Origin: Gammaproteobacteria bacterium
GTDB taxonomy: Bacteria > Pseudomonadota > Gammaproteobacteria > UBA4575
NCBI GenBank assembly: GCA_965658595.1
Contig: CBFHSW010000070.1
Coordinates: forward strand, 1 to 46,650
DNA: 46,650 nucleotides
Direction: 5' to 3'
The position numbers and the translations under genes are program-made. The notes beneath the pieces were generated by a model, which saw only the letters and a program-made list of their open reading frames with translations, was not told the origin of the DNA and searched no databases. Positions 9,183-20,542 of this stretch are shown here, one piece after another (position 1 is the first letter of the stretch; each line of letters opens with the position of its first letter).

Positions 9183-10822
9183 CTATTCGCCTTGCACTAC
9201 AGACAAACCCTCACCCCGTGGATCTGAAGCCGCACTCATATTATTGCTTTGCATGTGCTTGCTGATCACTTGCATATTGCCATAGCGATAACTAATCTCT
9301 TTTAAGGTATGACCTTTTTTGATTAACGCTTGCTGCACCTGTTGCGACAGTGCGTTTTTTTCAAACTGAATAACATCTGGCATATATTGATGATGGAAAC
9401 GTGCTCGACTAACTATCTTGTCACTAGAAGCACCCTGCTGGAACTCGATTAACGCTAATACCAACATGCTGATAATACGGCTACCGCCAGGTGTACCAGC
9501 GATTAATAATCGATCTTTAGAATAAGCAAATAGTGGTGTCATACTCGATAACATACGTTTACCCGGCTCGATAGCATTAGCCTCTGAGCCCACTAAACCA
9601 TAAACATTACCTACGCCAGGCGCGATGGCAAAGTCATCCATTTCATCATTCAGCAATATACCCGTGCCGGGTGCAACAAAACCGCTCCCGAAGGGATAAT
9701 TGATAGAGAGCGTTGCTGCGACATAATTACCTGCAGCATCTATGACAGAAAAGTGTGTGGTATCTTGACCCTCGCTGGCTTCTATATCAGCAAGTGATTG
9801 ACTGACACTGGCACGCTGGGGATCAAAGGTTTCAAATTTCTTTTGAGCATATTGTTTATCCAGCAACATCTGCATAGGGATCTGTGTGAAATCCGGGTCA
9901 CCTAAAAAAACCGCACGATCTTGGTAGGCTCTACGCATGGCTTCTGCTACCACATGCACCTGTTGAGTCTGTGATAGTTGATCTAATTCAATGCTATCTA
10001 ACATTGATAATATTTGCGTTACGACTACACCACCTGAGGTCGGCGGTGGTGGCAGCACTAGTGTCAAATCTTTATATGATGATTTTATTGGAGTTCGTAA
10101 TTTAATTTTATATTGATGCAAATCTTCAAGCTGCCAAATACCTCCTGCTTGCTGCACACCTTGCACTAACCTCTTAGCCAACTCACCATGATAAAAAACT
10201 TCCTGCCCATGTTCAGCAATCAGTTCCAAACTATTAGCCAAATCTTTTTGCACTAATTTCGATTTGTGATCTTGTGATGCCTGTATAAATATTTCATGTG
10301 CTGCAGGTGATTTCGATAAGGTTGATGCTCGCATTTTTATAAACTGCTGATGCTGTTCACCTGGCAAAAAACCCTCACGCGCATATTTTATTGCCGCCGC
10401 CAGATTAGTGGCCAGATCAAGATTGCCATAGTGTGCAGAGATATAATCTAAGGCTGCAATCACGCCGGGAATCCCCGCAGCAAGTGGTCCATTAACAGAG
10501 TCTCTAGTGGGTTTGCCTTGCTCATCTAAATACATATCTTTAGTCGCCGCTAGAGGCGCGACTTCACGACCATCGACCATAATATCGGTGTTCTTTTTTG
10601 CATCGTGTAGCAACCAAAAACCCCCACCGCCTATACCACTACCATAAGGCTCTACTACTGCCAGAGCAGCACTAATCGCTACAGCTGCATCAAATGCATT
10701 ACCTCCATTTTGGAGGATTTCTTCACCCGCCTGAGTTGCCAACGGATGCGCCGTAGCGATGGCATAGGGTGATGCCTGCACACCATGTAACAGCGCGCAT
10801 ATAATTATGATCACTTTGAACA

Positions 10823-10823
<1 letters not shown>
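9183..10823 (-). CDS. ggt: gamma-glutamyltransferase
   Basis: Signal peptide, a GQDTTHFSVID autoprocessing/nucleophile Thr region, and GTPGGSRI near the C-terminus. 546 aa. Confidence 0.9.
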
Positions 10824-11074
<251 letters not shown>

Positions 11075-11088
11075 TCAATAAAGAACTA

Positions 11089-11577
<489 letters not shown>

Positions 11578-11589
11578 TCAGTTGTGGAT

Positions 11590-12171
11590 TTATGTCGATA
11601 TAAGACCATATTCTACTTCACCTGCTTTCGACTGTCGCTGCCAAACCCAATCCACTGGTAACTCTGTTGGCAAACGGCCAGTCGCGGCCTCTATATAAAT
11701 ATTTGCATGCGCTTTAATAATCCCAGCGGTATGTATCTGCTTAAGTAACTCGGTCAAATCTACCTGATCAAATGGTGGGTCTATGAATACCACATCATAT
11801 TGCTGATCTGTTTGAGTGATATATTTAAATGCATCTTGATGAAATATATTCACCTGTGTGGCCTGCAAACGTTGCACTTGTTGTCGCAACATATCCACCA
11901 CCTGGCGATCCATCTCAATTAAATCAGCACTCAGCGCTCCTCTTGAGGCCGCCTCAAAACCCAAAACACCACTGCCAGCAAACAAGTCTAAGCAGTGGCA
12001 GCCGGTAATAGTTGCTTGCAGCCAATTGAATAATGTCTCGCGAGTGCGGCTAGCGGTAGGTCTCAGACCGGTGCGCATCATGACAGGTAGTTTGCTACCT
12101 CTCCACATACCACCAATAATTCTTACCTGCTGTGGCGCGTGAGTTAAGCTTATATTATTCTTGCTGCGCAC
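11590..12171 (-). CDS. rsmD: 16S rRNA (guanine966-N2)-methyltransferase
   Basis: VRIIGGMWRGSKL N-terminus, DLFAGSG SAM motif and FIDPPF catalytic motif. Confidence 0.85.
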   Translation of the reverse strand: MRSKNNISLTHAPQQVRIIGGMWRGSKLPVMMRTGLRPTASRTRETLFNWLQATITGCHCLDLFAGSGVLGFEAASRGALSADLIEMDRQVVDMLRQQVQRLQATQVNIFHQDAFKYITQTDQQYDVVFIDPPFDQVDLTELLKQIHTAGIIKAHANIYIEAATGRLPTELPVDWVWQRQSKAGEVEYGLIST

Positions 12172-13456
12172 TACCCACCACTACTGTTACAAACGATTTA
12201 GGATTCAAACGTCGTTTAAACGCACTTTTTATATCAGCAAGAGTGACCTTAGCAATTTGTTGTCGAAAGTCGTTTAAATAGGTTAAAGGTAAATCGTAAT
12301 ATCCAATCACTGATAAGTAACCCAAAATATCACGATTACTGTCTATTCTGAGAGGAAATCCATTGATAATACTCTGCTTACTGAGTGTCAATTCTTCTTG
12401 CGTTGGCCCGTATTGAATAAACTTATCGATCTCATCACGACAGACTGTGAGTGCTTCATCCACTTGATCCGCACGTGTTTGCAAGCCCAGCATAAAGGGT
12501 CCTTGGCGCAACAACGGCATAAAGTAACTATAAACACTGTAAGAAAGACCACGTTTACTGCGCACTTCTTCGACTAATCGTGAAGTAAAACCGCCACCAC
12601 CAAGCACATGATTACCCACATATAGCGTAAAGTAATCTGGATCACCACGTTGAATTCCTACCTGCCCCATTCGCACATGTGATTGCTGAGAGGGGAAATC
12701 AACTTTAATAACTTGCTGCTGATTTTCCATGACAGTCGGTATTGGTGGATGCGCTTGACCCTGTGGTAATGCTTCACTGATGTGCTCAGCTAACTCACGT
12801 GCAGCTGCTTGATCAATATCGCCTACGATCGCCAACACCGCACCAGTGGATACCATATGTGAGGCATGAAAATTCTTGATGTCGTCGCGCGTGATCCTCT
12901 CAATGCTCTGTATCGTGCCATCACCGCTTTGCGCAAATGGATGAGAACCATAGAGTGCTTGGTAGAAGTTATCACTGACTATTGCAGAAGGTGTTTGTTG
13001 CTTGTCTTCCAAGCCGATGAGCATGCGTTTTCTTTCACGTTGAAAATCTTTCCCCGGGAAAGATGGCTGCGCCATCACCTTAATATAAAGATCCAGAGCT
13101 TTTGAAAATAACTTGGGCTCTGACAAACTCCTTAACAACACACTGGAACGGTCCATATCGACGTTAGAGCTAAATTGGGCACCTACATCTTCAAATCCCG
13201 ATGCAATGGCGTCTGCATTCAATGTCCCTGCGCCTTTATTGAGGAGCGCATGTGTCAATTTTGATAGGCCTGCTTTCTGACCGTCGCGGGCTGTGCCTGC
13301 ATCAAATGTGATAGCAACATCTATCATCGGTAATTGTGTGGCCTCTACATGCATCACTTGTATGTCCGTAGAGGTTTTCCAAGTGTTGATTTCAGGTAAT
13401 GCAATAGCCGTTTGGGCCAACATTAAACTCAGTATAAAAACAATAACTTTCATCAT
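12155..13456 (-). CDS. M16-family peptidase, non-catalytic partner (no HxxEH)
   Basis: Signal peptide and M16 fold-length protein. The zinc-motif position reads LTHALLNKG instead of HxxEH. It is paired with the upstream active M16 gene. Confidence 0.8.
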   Translation of the reverse strand: MMKVIVFILSLMLAQTAIALPEINTWKTSTDIQVMHVEATQLPMIDVAITFDAGTARDGQKAGLSKLTHALLNKGAGTLNADAIASGFEDVGAQFSSNVDMDRSSVLLRSLSEPKLFSKALDLYIKVMAQPSFPGKDFQRERKRMLIGLEDKQQTPSAIVSDNFYQALYGSHPFAQSGDGTIQSIERITRDDIKNFHASHMVSTGAVLAIVGDIDQAAARELAEHISEALPQGQAHPPIPTVMENQQQVIKVDFPSQQSHVRMGQVGIQRGDPDYFTLYVGNHVLGGGGFTSRLVEEVRSKRGLSYSVYSYFMPLLRQGPFMLGLQTRADQVDEALTVCRDEIDKFIQYGPTQEELTLSKQSIINGFPLRIDSNRDILGYLSVIGYYDLPLTYLNDFRQQIAKVTLADIKSAFKRRLNPKSFVTVVVGSAQQE

Positions 13457-13466
13457 TTACTCACAA

Positions 13467-14804
13467 TTAATTAGTTGCATCTATAGTCACTGGAATCAGC
13501 ACTGCCACTGTTTTAGTATCTGCGATCAGATATTTTTGTGCTGCCGATCGAATTTGCTCTACAGTCACTGCTTTCACCTTAGCTTCATAATCCTTCATCA
13601 CTTGCCAACCCAGTCCAACTGATTCTAGAGTACCTATGAGATAAGCCTGACCTTGCACAGAATCTAATTTATAGACTTCACCTGCAACCACTTGAGCTTT
13701 GACTCTGGCTAATTCTTCAGAACTCACCAACTCGGTTTGCAGATTTTTGATCTCTCTATCTATTGCTTGCTCGAGTTCCTCTACGCTATGGCCTTTATTT
13801 GGTGTGCCTTCAAACATGAATAGACTCTCATATTGAGCGTACAAACTGTAGCCCGCACCGGCACTGGCAGCAATCTCTTGCTCTCGTATTAGATGCTTGC
13901 TCAGACGTGAACTTCTGCCTCCATCTAAAATACCGGCGAGGATATATAAAGCATACGCCTCCTCATCATTCTCAATAGTCTTGAGAGTGGGGACTTTATA
14001 TCCTATTAACATATACGGTAATTTAGCGACGGCTTTCAGCTCGACTCGACGTGTGCCTATTTGTGGTGTTTCAACTCTTGGTTTAACTTCTACCACTGGA
14101 CGCGTTGGAACCTTACCGTAGTATTTTTCTGCCATGGTAAAAATTTGTTCTGGCTTTACATCCCCAACCACTATCAAGGTAGCGTTAGCCGGTGAATAAT
14201 AACTCTCATACCAAGCTCTGAGATCTGCCACGTTCATGTTGTCTATATCATTCATCCATCCAATCACTGGATTCTGATAAGCACTATTGTTGAACGCCAC
14301 AGCATTGAACTGCTCATAAGTTAGTGCGTTAGGATTATCATCCGTTCTGAGACGACGTTCTTCTTTAACGACCTCAACTTCTTTCAGGAATTCGGCTTCG
14401 TCCAATGTTAATGCTGCCATTCGATCTGATTCTAATTTGAAGCTAGTCTCTAGCTGTGACACTGATAATAATTGGAAGTATGCCGTGTAGTCTCGGCTGG
14501 TAAAGGCATTATCACGGGCACCCACTTGGGCGAGGATTTGAGAGAACTCACCGAGTGGGTATTTAGGCGTACCTTTGAACATCATATGCTCTAACACATG
14601 TGATACGCCTGTAATCCCGCTGTATTCGTTAGCAGAGCCGACTTTGTACCAAACTTGAGCGGTCGCCACAGGTGCGCGGTGGTCCTCTTTTACCAGCACT
14701 TTTAGTCCATTAGAGAGTGTTTTCTCATGTAAATCGGCAAAACCTGTGACCGGTAATAAAATACTCACAGCCAGCACCATTATTGATAAAATGTATTTAT
14801 ACAT
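13467..14804 (-). CDS. M16-family zinc peptidase (insulinase/pitrilysin-like)
   Basis: HVLEHMMFKGT contains the inverted zinc motif HxxEH. A signal peptide is present. 445 aa. Confidence 0.85.
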   Translation of the reverse strand: MYKYILSIMVLAVSILLPVTGFADLHEKTLSNGLKVLVKEDHRAPVATAQVWYKVGSANEYSGITGVSHVLEHMMFKGTPKYPLGEFSQILAQVGARDNAFTSRDYTAYFQLLSVSQLETSFKLESDRMAALTLDEAEFLKEVEVVKEERRLRTDDNPNALTYEQFNAVAFNNSAYQNPVIGWMNDIDNMNVADLRAWYESYYSPANATLIVVGDVKPEQIFTMAEKYYGKVPTRPVVEVKPRVETPQIGTRRVELKAVAKLPYMLIGYKVPTLKTIENDEEAYALYILAGILDGGRSSRLSKHLIREQEIAASAGAGYSLYAQYESLFMFEGTPNKGHSVEELEQAIDREIKNLQTELVSSEELARVKAQVVAGEVYKLDSVQGQAYLIGTLESVGLGWQVMKDYEAKVKAVTVEQIRSAAQKYLIADTKTVAVLIPVTIDATN

Positions 14805-14968
14805 AAGCTTTTATTGTTTCAGTGTTGTTGATTCAGTTAAGGTCAGGTCAGATGATTCGAGTTACGAATAGGACACATCTCAGCATCTTTTGTTCATCAC
14901 TCATCTTTAGAGGATACCACTAAACATTAATCTGTTAGAAACACCATCCATGACAAAATCCATACACC

Positions 14969-15883
14969 ATGACTGAAAAGAATTTATTTGCTCGCCTCAA
15001 ACAAGGACTATCTAAAACGAGTGGCCTCATGGCTAGCAAGCCTGCGGATACCCAATCTGTCCAGCAAACTCTTGAATCTATTGAAGATGGGTTATTAATG
15101 GCTGATGTCGGCATAGATACGACTGAAAAAATTATGCAGCAACTGCATACTCAACTTCAATCTCAGCCCAAACCGCATAACGCAGAGGTGGTGAATAACT
15201 GCCTGCAACAAACCTTGTATAACATTCTTGAGCCGTGTAACAAACCTATGTTGCTTGGACGAATTAAGCCATTCTCAATTCTAGTCGTTGGGGTTAATGG
15301 TGCTGGCAAAACCACCACCATCGGTAAATTAGCCAAACGCTTAAAGAAAAATCGTAAATCCGTCATGCTGGCCGCAGGCGATACTTTTCGAGCGGCAGCT
15401 GTTGAACAACTCATCACTTGGGGCGAAAGAAACGACATCACAGTAATTTCACAGTCCTCGGGAGCTGATAGTGCCTCTGTGATCTTTGATGCTTTAAGTT
15501 CTGCCAGCGCCCGTTCCATTGATGTACTGATTGCCGACACCGCTGGACGTCTTCATACCCAGAACGACCTCATGTCCGAGTTACAAAAGGTTAAACGTGT
15601 CATGCAAAAAGTTGATACGGATGCACCTCATGAAACGCTGTTGGTATTAGATGCTAGCATGGGACAAAATGCATTACGTCAAGCTGAACAATTTCATGCA
15701 GCTATGGATGTGACCGGTCTATGTATCACTAAACTAGATGGAACCGCCAAAGGAGGCGTAGTGCTGGCTATAGCAGACAAATTAGGTTTACCCATACGTT
15801 ATGTTGGCGTTGGAGAATCCATCGAGGATCTGCAAGTATTTGATGCCAAGCAATTTTCCACAGCGTTAATGGGTGGTGAATAG
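14969..15883 (+). CDS. ftsY: signal recognition particle receptor FtsY (short form, no acidic A domain)
   Basis: GVNGAGKTTTIGKLA, DTAGRL and TKLDGTAKGG are SRP-GTPase motifs. The ftsYEX order is conserved. Confidence 0.95.
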   Translation: MTEKNLFARLKQGLSKTSGLMASKPADTQSVQQTLESIEDGLLMADVGIDTTEKIMQQLHTQLQSQPKPHNAEVVNNCLQQTLYNILEPCNKPMLLGRIKPFSILVVGVNGAGKTTTIGKLAKRLKKNRKSVMLAAGDTFRAAAVEQLITWGERNDITVISQSSGADSASVIFDALSSASARSIDVLIADTAGRLHTQNDLMSELQKVKRVMQKVDTDAPHETLLVLDASMGQNALRQAEQFHAAMDVTGLCITKLDGTAKGGVVLAIADKLGLPIRYVGVGESIEDLQVFDAKQFSTALMGGE

Positions 15884-15888
15884 AGCGC

Positions 15889-16566
15889 ATGATCCGTCTG
15901 CAAAACATAGCTAAGCGATATCCTAGCAGTGGCGAGGTGTTAGCGCAGGTCAACTTGGAGCTGGCTCGTGGTGAGCTTACTTTCCTAACAGGTGCCTCCG
16001 GCTCTGGTAAGAGCACGTTATTGAAGATAATTGCATTGATTACTGCTCCCACCAGAGGACAATTATATTTCAATGACAAAAATACTACTCGCGTCAGTCG
16101 TAAACTCATTTCACAGTATCGCTCAAAAATGGGATTAGTTTTTCAGGACCATCGATTGCTAAATGATCGAAATGTGTTTGAGAATGTTGCTCTTCCATTA
16201 AGGATAAACGGATTTGAACATAAAGAAATCCCAGGACGTGTGCGTGCTGCTCTGGATAAAGTAGGACTGTTACATAAAGAAAAATCAACACCTATCTCGC
16301 TATCTGGCGGTGAACAACAACGCGTTGGTATCGCTCGCGCCATAGTTCACAAACCAGTTTTACTATTGGCTGATGAGCCGACTGGGAATCTAGATCCAGA
16401 ATTATCTAGTGATATTATGAGTTTATTTCTGCAGTTTAGTCAGGTAGGAGTATCCACTTTGATCGCAAGTCATGATTTTGATCTCATCAAAAGTTATAAC
16501 AAACGTATCATGGCATTAAATGACGGTCATTTAAGTGAACTGTCTTATCAGTCAAGTGAGGCTTAG
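15889..16566 (+). CDS. ftsE: cell division ATP-binding protein FtsE
   Basis: Walker A GASGSGKST, signature LSGGEQQR and Walker B LLLADEPT. Confidence 0.93.
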   Translation: MIRLQNIAKRYPSSGEVLAQVNLELARGELTFLTGASGSGKSTLLKIIALITAPTRGQLYFNDKNTTRVSRKLISQYRSKMGLVFQDHRLLNDRNVFENVALPLRINGFEHKEIPGRVRAALDKVGLLHKEKSTPISLSGGEQQRVGIARAIVHKPVLLLADEPTGNLDPELSSDIMSLFLQFSQVGVSTLIASHDFDLIKSYNKRIMALNDGHLSELSYQSSEA

Positions 16567-16570
16567 GGTC

Positions 16571-17506
16571 ATGGCGGTCAAACCTACAAACGCTGGTAAA
16601 GCTCATTTCAGCCACTGGTTATTGCATCATCGCGAAAGCATAGTAAAAACACTCTCACGGTTCTGGCACACACCTATTTCGTTTATCTCTACTTTATTGT
16701 TGATCGCAATCGCATTCGCCATTCCTATCGCCATTCATATTATGTTTCACGCCGTCGATTCCATCACCAGCCAGTGGGACAAAGATAAGCAAATTACTCT
16801 GTTCCTGAACGCTGATGTGAACATGCAAGAGGCTGAAAAATTGGCCAGCACACTTCAGCAACAGCTACAGATCAGCGACGCTAGAGCAATAAACAAACAA
16901 CAGCTGTTGTCCACCTTCGCTCAGGAAACACAATATGCTTTGCTGGGTGAAAGCTGGAAAGATAATAATCCATTACCTCATATTATTGAGTTATCACCCT
17001 CTGCCCAAGCTGACCTAGAACAATTAGCCGGCTTATTTGCGACCCATCCCGATGTCGATCAAACTCAATTTGATTGGCTGTGGTTTCAACGTTTGGAAGC
17101 TATCAGCCAACTTATATTAACTGTGCAATGGGTGGTCAGTGTGTTGTTGATGCTCACGGTGGCTCTCATTATAGTAAATGTGGTGCGCTGGGAAATCGCT
17201 GGCCGCATGGCCGAGATTGAAATTATTAAATTAATTGGTGCAAGTGATAGTTATGTTCAACGACCATTTCTCTACTATGGAGGATTTCTTGGTTTACTAG
17301 GAGCATGTCTCGCTATTGCGATGACTTCTCTCAGTTGTTTACTCATCAACCAGTCTGTTTCACCCCTGATGGTGCTGTTTACCAGTGAATTTCGCCTGAT
17401 GAGCCTAGATCCACTCCAATCATTGTCTCTACTGTGTCTGGGAACAACGCTGGGATTATTATCTGCGGGGATCGCATCACGCGCTAAAATTCAGGCCATA
17501 GCATAG
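16571..17506 (+). CDS. ftsX: cell division permease-like protein FtsX
   Basis: Follows ftsE by 4 nt. It has one N-terminal TM helix, a periplasmic loop and three C-terminal TM helices. The ATG at 16571 is preferred over the overlapping upstream start. Confidence 0.85.
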   Translation: MAVKPTNAGKAHFSHWLLHHRESIVKTLSRFWHTPISFISTLLLIAIAFAIPIAIHIMFHAVDSITSQWDKDKQITLFLNADVNMQEAEKLASTLQQQLQISDARAINKQQLLSTFAQETQYALLGESWKDNNPLPHIIELSPSAQADLEQLAGLFATHPDVDQTQFDWLWFQRLEAISQLILTVQWVVSVLLMLTVALIIVNVVRWEIAGRMAEIEIIKLIGASDSYVQRPFLYYGGFLGLLGACLAIAMTSLSCLLINQSVSPLMVLFTSEFRLMSLDPLQSLSLLCLGTTLGLLSAGIASRAKIQAIA

Positions 17507-17628
17507 TCACCTAGAGGCTTGTACATATATACTCACATGTGCAAATAAACCACTAAATATCAGGTATATACTGGCTTATATCCATATATGAACAGGTTTT
17601 TTGCGACATCAACTGAATTTCTGTATAA

Positions 17629-17657
17629 GGAACTTATAGTCTGATTAGCACTCCTAA
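17629..17657 (+). promoter_or_regulatory. candidate sigma-E (sigma-24)-type promoter upstream of rpoH
   Basis: GGAACTT-N16-TCCTAA resembles E. coli rpoH P3 (GAACTT-N16-TCTGAT). It lies ~45 nt upstream of the rpoH ATG. Motif match only. Confidence 0.3.
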
Positions 17658-17700
17658 AATATGAGTGCTAAAATACCTGTAAATAACTTATCTTAAATCG

Positions 17701-18564
17701 ATGACCAATTCTTTAACCACTATTGCAGACCAAAATTTAACGCTAAAAGCGGGATCTCTAGACGCCTACATCAACGCGGCATATCAATTGCCTGTGTTGA
17801 CAGCGGAAGAAGAGAAAGCACTTGCTTATCGTTTAAAGAATGAACAAGACCTTGAAGCGGCAAGACAGCTGATTACTCATCATCTGCGTTTCGTCGTTCA
17901 GGTGGCACGTGGATATAATGGTTACGGACTGGCACTGGCTGATCTTATCCAAGAAGGTAATATTGGCCTGATGAAAGCTGTTAAGCGTTTCGACCCAGAT
18001 CTTAACGTACGTCTAGTATCGTTCGCTGTGCATTGGATACGTGCTGAAATGCATGAATTCATTCTGCGTAATTGGCGTATTGTTAAAGTCGCGACCACCA
18101 AGGCTCAACGAAAGTTATTTTTTAATCTTCGCAGCAAGAAATCGCGTCTGGCATGGTTGAATCAATCAGAATTAGAAACAATAGCCTCTGATCTTGGGGT
18201 TAAACCCAGTGAAGTCTTGGAAATGGAATCTCGTCTAAGCGGGCAAGATATCGGATTCGATGCGCCCGGTAGTGACAATGATTCAGAATATACTGTGAGT
18301 GCGCCTGAAGCATACCTGACTAACAGTGAAGATCCTGCTGAGTATGCTGAAAAGAACGACTTTATGAACCACCAGCTTGGTAAACTATCCGCTGGCATGG
18401 AATGTCTTGATGAGCGAAGTCGTGAAATCGTGCAGGCACGTTGGTTGAGTGATCAAAAATCAACTCTTCATCAGTTAGCAAGCAAATATCAAGTTTCGGC
18501 AGAGCGTATCCGTCAATTAGAATCTAACGCTTTGAAGAAACTTCAGGGCGCGATAGTCGCTTAA
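17701..18564 (+). CDS. rpoH: RNA polymerase sigma-32 (heat-shock sigma factor)
   Basis: RpoH box QRKLFFNLR and region 2 [18 protein letters not shown]. Its position after ftsX matches E. coli. Confidence 0.92.
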   Translation: MTNSLTTIADQNLTLKAGSLDAYINAAYQLPVLTAEEEKALAYRLKNEQDLEAARQLITHHLRFVVQVARGYNGYGLALADLIQEGNIGLMKAVKRFDPDLNVRLVSFAVHWIRAEMHEFILRNWRIVKVATTKAQRKLFFNLRSKKSRLAWLNQSELETIASDLGVKPSEVLEMESRLSGQDIGFDAPGSDNDSEYTVSAPEAYLTNSEDPAEYAEKNDFMNHQLGKLSAGMECLDERSREIVQARWLSDQKSTLHQLASKYQVSAERIRQLESNALKKLQGAIVA

Positions 18565-18601
18565 CCTACCTCTCTCTATTCACTTACAGTAGCTGTTATG
18601 G

Positions 18602-19516
18602 CTATAGAATTGTGATGTAAGGCAAGAACCTGTCTAGCAATAACATTGCAAATAACACCATTAAATAAACGATAGAGTAGACAAAAGTATTAATAGCTTT
18701 TGTGCGACTCTTAGTGATTTGCAAGCTGATTGAATAATATAAGAATCCAGCATTCAGCAATAAAGCACTGCCTAAATATAACCATCCAGACATGCCAGTG
18801 AAATAAGGCAGTACCGTCACCAAACTCATTAATACCGTGTATAGCGTTATCTGTAAGCGTGTGTAATCCTCGCCATGAGTGACGGGCAACATAGGGATAT
18901 CAACCTTGGCATATTCTTCTTTTCGATATATCGCCAAAGCCCAGAAATGGGGAGGTGTCCACGTAAATATAATTAGAAACAAAACTAACGCATCTGCATC
19001 CACACTGCCCGTGATTGCAGTCCATCCTAATAACGGCGGTGTTGCACCTGCGGCGCCACCGATCACAATATTTTGAGGCGTAGCACGTTTCAAATACATG
19101 GTATAAACCACTGCATATCCGACTAATGATAAAAACGTTAGTACGGCTGTGAGCATGTTGATTTTCATGATCAGCAGTACCATGCCTAGAGCTCCGATCA
19201 AGACGGCGAACATCAGTACGGAAGTTTTATCTAATGAACCACTTGGCAATGGTCGCAATTTAGTTCTATCCATAGCCGCATCAATACGACTATCGGCAAC
19301 ATGATTAATGGCAGCTGCTGAGCTAGCGACTAATGCAATACCCACCGTTGCATAAAATAACCGCAGTAAATCAACATTGGCAGGATCTGCTAATAACATG
19401 CCCACTATCGCTGTAAACACCATCAGCGCTACAACTTTTGGTTTGCAAAGTTCTAGATAATCTCGCCATTGACCTATTGCCTGCCTAGGTCGGCTAGTTA
19501 CAGATTTAACGGTCAT
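18602..19516 (-). CDS. cyoE: protoheme IX farnesyltransferase (heme O synthase)
   Basis: UbiA-family polytopic protein with NHVADSRIDAAMDRT and PPHFWALA motifs. Last gene of the oxidase assembly run. Confidence 0.9.
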   Translation of the reverse strand: MTVKSVTSRPRQAIGQWRDYLELCKPKVVALMVFTAIVGMLLADPANVDLLRLFYATVGIALVASSAAAINHVADSRIDAAMDRTKLRPLPSGSLDKTSVLMFAVLIGALGMVLLIMKINMLTAVLTFLSLVGYAVVYTMYLKRATPQNIVIGGAAGATPPLLGWTAITGSVDADALVLFLIIFTWTPPHFWALAIYRKEEYAKVDIPMLPVTHGEDYTRLQITLYTVLMSLVTVLPYFTGMSGWLYLGSALLLNAGFLYYSISLQITKSRTKAINTFVYSIVYLMVLFAMLLLDRFLPYITIL

Positions 19517-19532
19517 TAATAACCCTAGCTTG

Positions 19533-20537
19533 TTAATTTCTGGCAGATTTTAGCATATATGCACTCGACACAACGCTAAATAATAACAACAAGGCCACGC
19601 CATTGTGGGCCACTGCAATGGCTAATGGGAGCTTATAAACCACATTAGAAATACCCAAAATAATCTGAACTAGCAATAAAACTGAAGCAATTCTTGCCAC
19701 ATTTCTTAACATCGGTGCCTGCTTGGAATTCTTTGCTAGTAAATGTAGGTAACGTCCCAGAACCAGAAGGACCACGATGGCACCGATTCTATGGGTGTAA
19801 TGAATAGCGACTCTTGCAGGATGCTCGAGAACGCCATATTCATAATCTACACCGAGGCCTCGCCACATCACAAAACCATTGGCAAAATCCATTGGAGGCC
19901 ACCATTGTTGTTGGCAGGTCGGAAAATCAGTACATGCGAGTGCGGCATAATTTGAGCTCACCCATCCACCTAATGCGATCTGGCAGACTAAAACAATAAT
20001 GGCGACCACAGAGAAGTTGAATAATTTACCCGCTACCGAACTGTCAATTGCAGGGATGCTTTGCATTCCTCGTAAATATTGCCAGCCAAGTAGGTTAAAT
20101 AGTGTGAATCCACCGAGTAAATGACCCATAACGATGAGGGGTTTTAACTGTAGCGTTACTGTCCACATACCTAATGCAGCTTGAAACAAGAGTAGTGAAC
20201 CCAACGTAATACCATAAAATACATGGCGCTCACCATTACTATCTTTTCTCATTAAAAAGACTGCAATCACTAAAATCAAACAACCTAATATGCCCGCAAA
20301 ATAGCGGTGTATCATTTCACGCCAGGCCTTGCCGACCTCAACAGCACGCTCATAATCTGTATTAGCCAGTGCAATATCAACATCTGTAGTTGGAACGCCT
20401 AATAGGATTCCATAACAACCCGGCCAATCTGGGCAGCCGAGCCCAGCATCTGTTAAACGCACGTATGCACCTAAGACGATCACCACAAATGCAAGAATCA
20501 TGGCAGTCAGAATTACATTTCGAAGTGTATTATTCAT
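19533..20537 (-). CDS. ctaA: heme A synthase (COX15/CtaA)
   Basis: Eight-TM protein with conserved His-bearing helices (HRYFAG, HLLGG, HRIGA, HNGVA) and GCPDWPGC. Adjacent to the heme O synthase gene. Confidence 0.8.
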   Translation of the reverse strand: MNNTLRNVILTAMILAFVVIVLGAYVRLTDAGLGCPDWPGCYGILLGVPTTDVDIALANTDYERAVEVGKAWREMIHRYFAGILGCLILVIAVFLMRKDSNGERHVFYGITLGSLLLFQAALGMWTVTLQLKPLIVMGHLLGGFTLFNLLGWQYLRGMQSIPAIDSSVAGKLFNFSVVAIIVLVCQIALGGWVSSNYAALACTDFPTCQQQWWPPMDFANGFVMWRGLGVDYEYGVLEHPARVAIHYTHRIGAIVVLLVLGRYLHLLAKNSKQAPMLRNVARIASVLLLVQIILGISNVVYKLPLAIAVAHNGVALLLLFSVVSSAYMLKSARN

Positions 20538-20542
20538 TACTG

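Noticed and set aside
15163-16343. Minus-strand ORFs of 125, 113, 66 and 61 aa
   Set aside because: They are antisense to the strongly supported ftsY and ftsE genes, so they are shadow ORFs.
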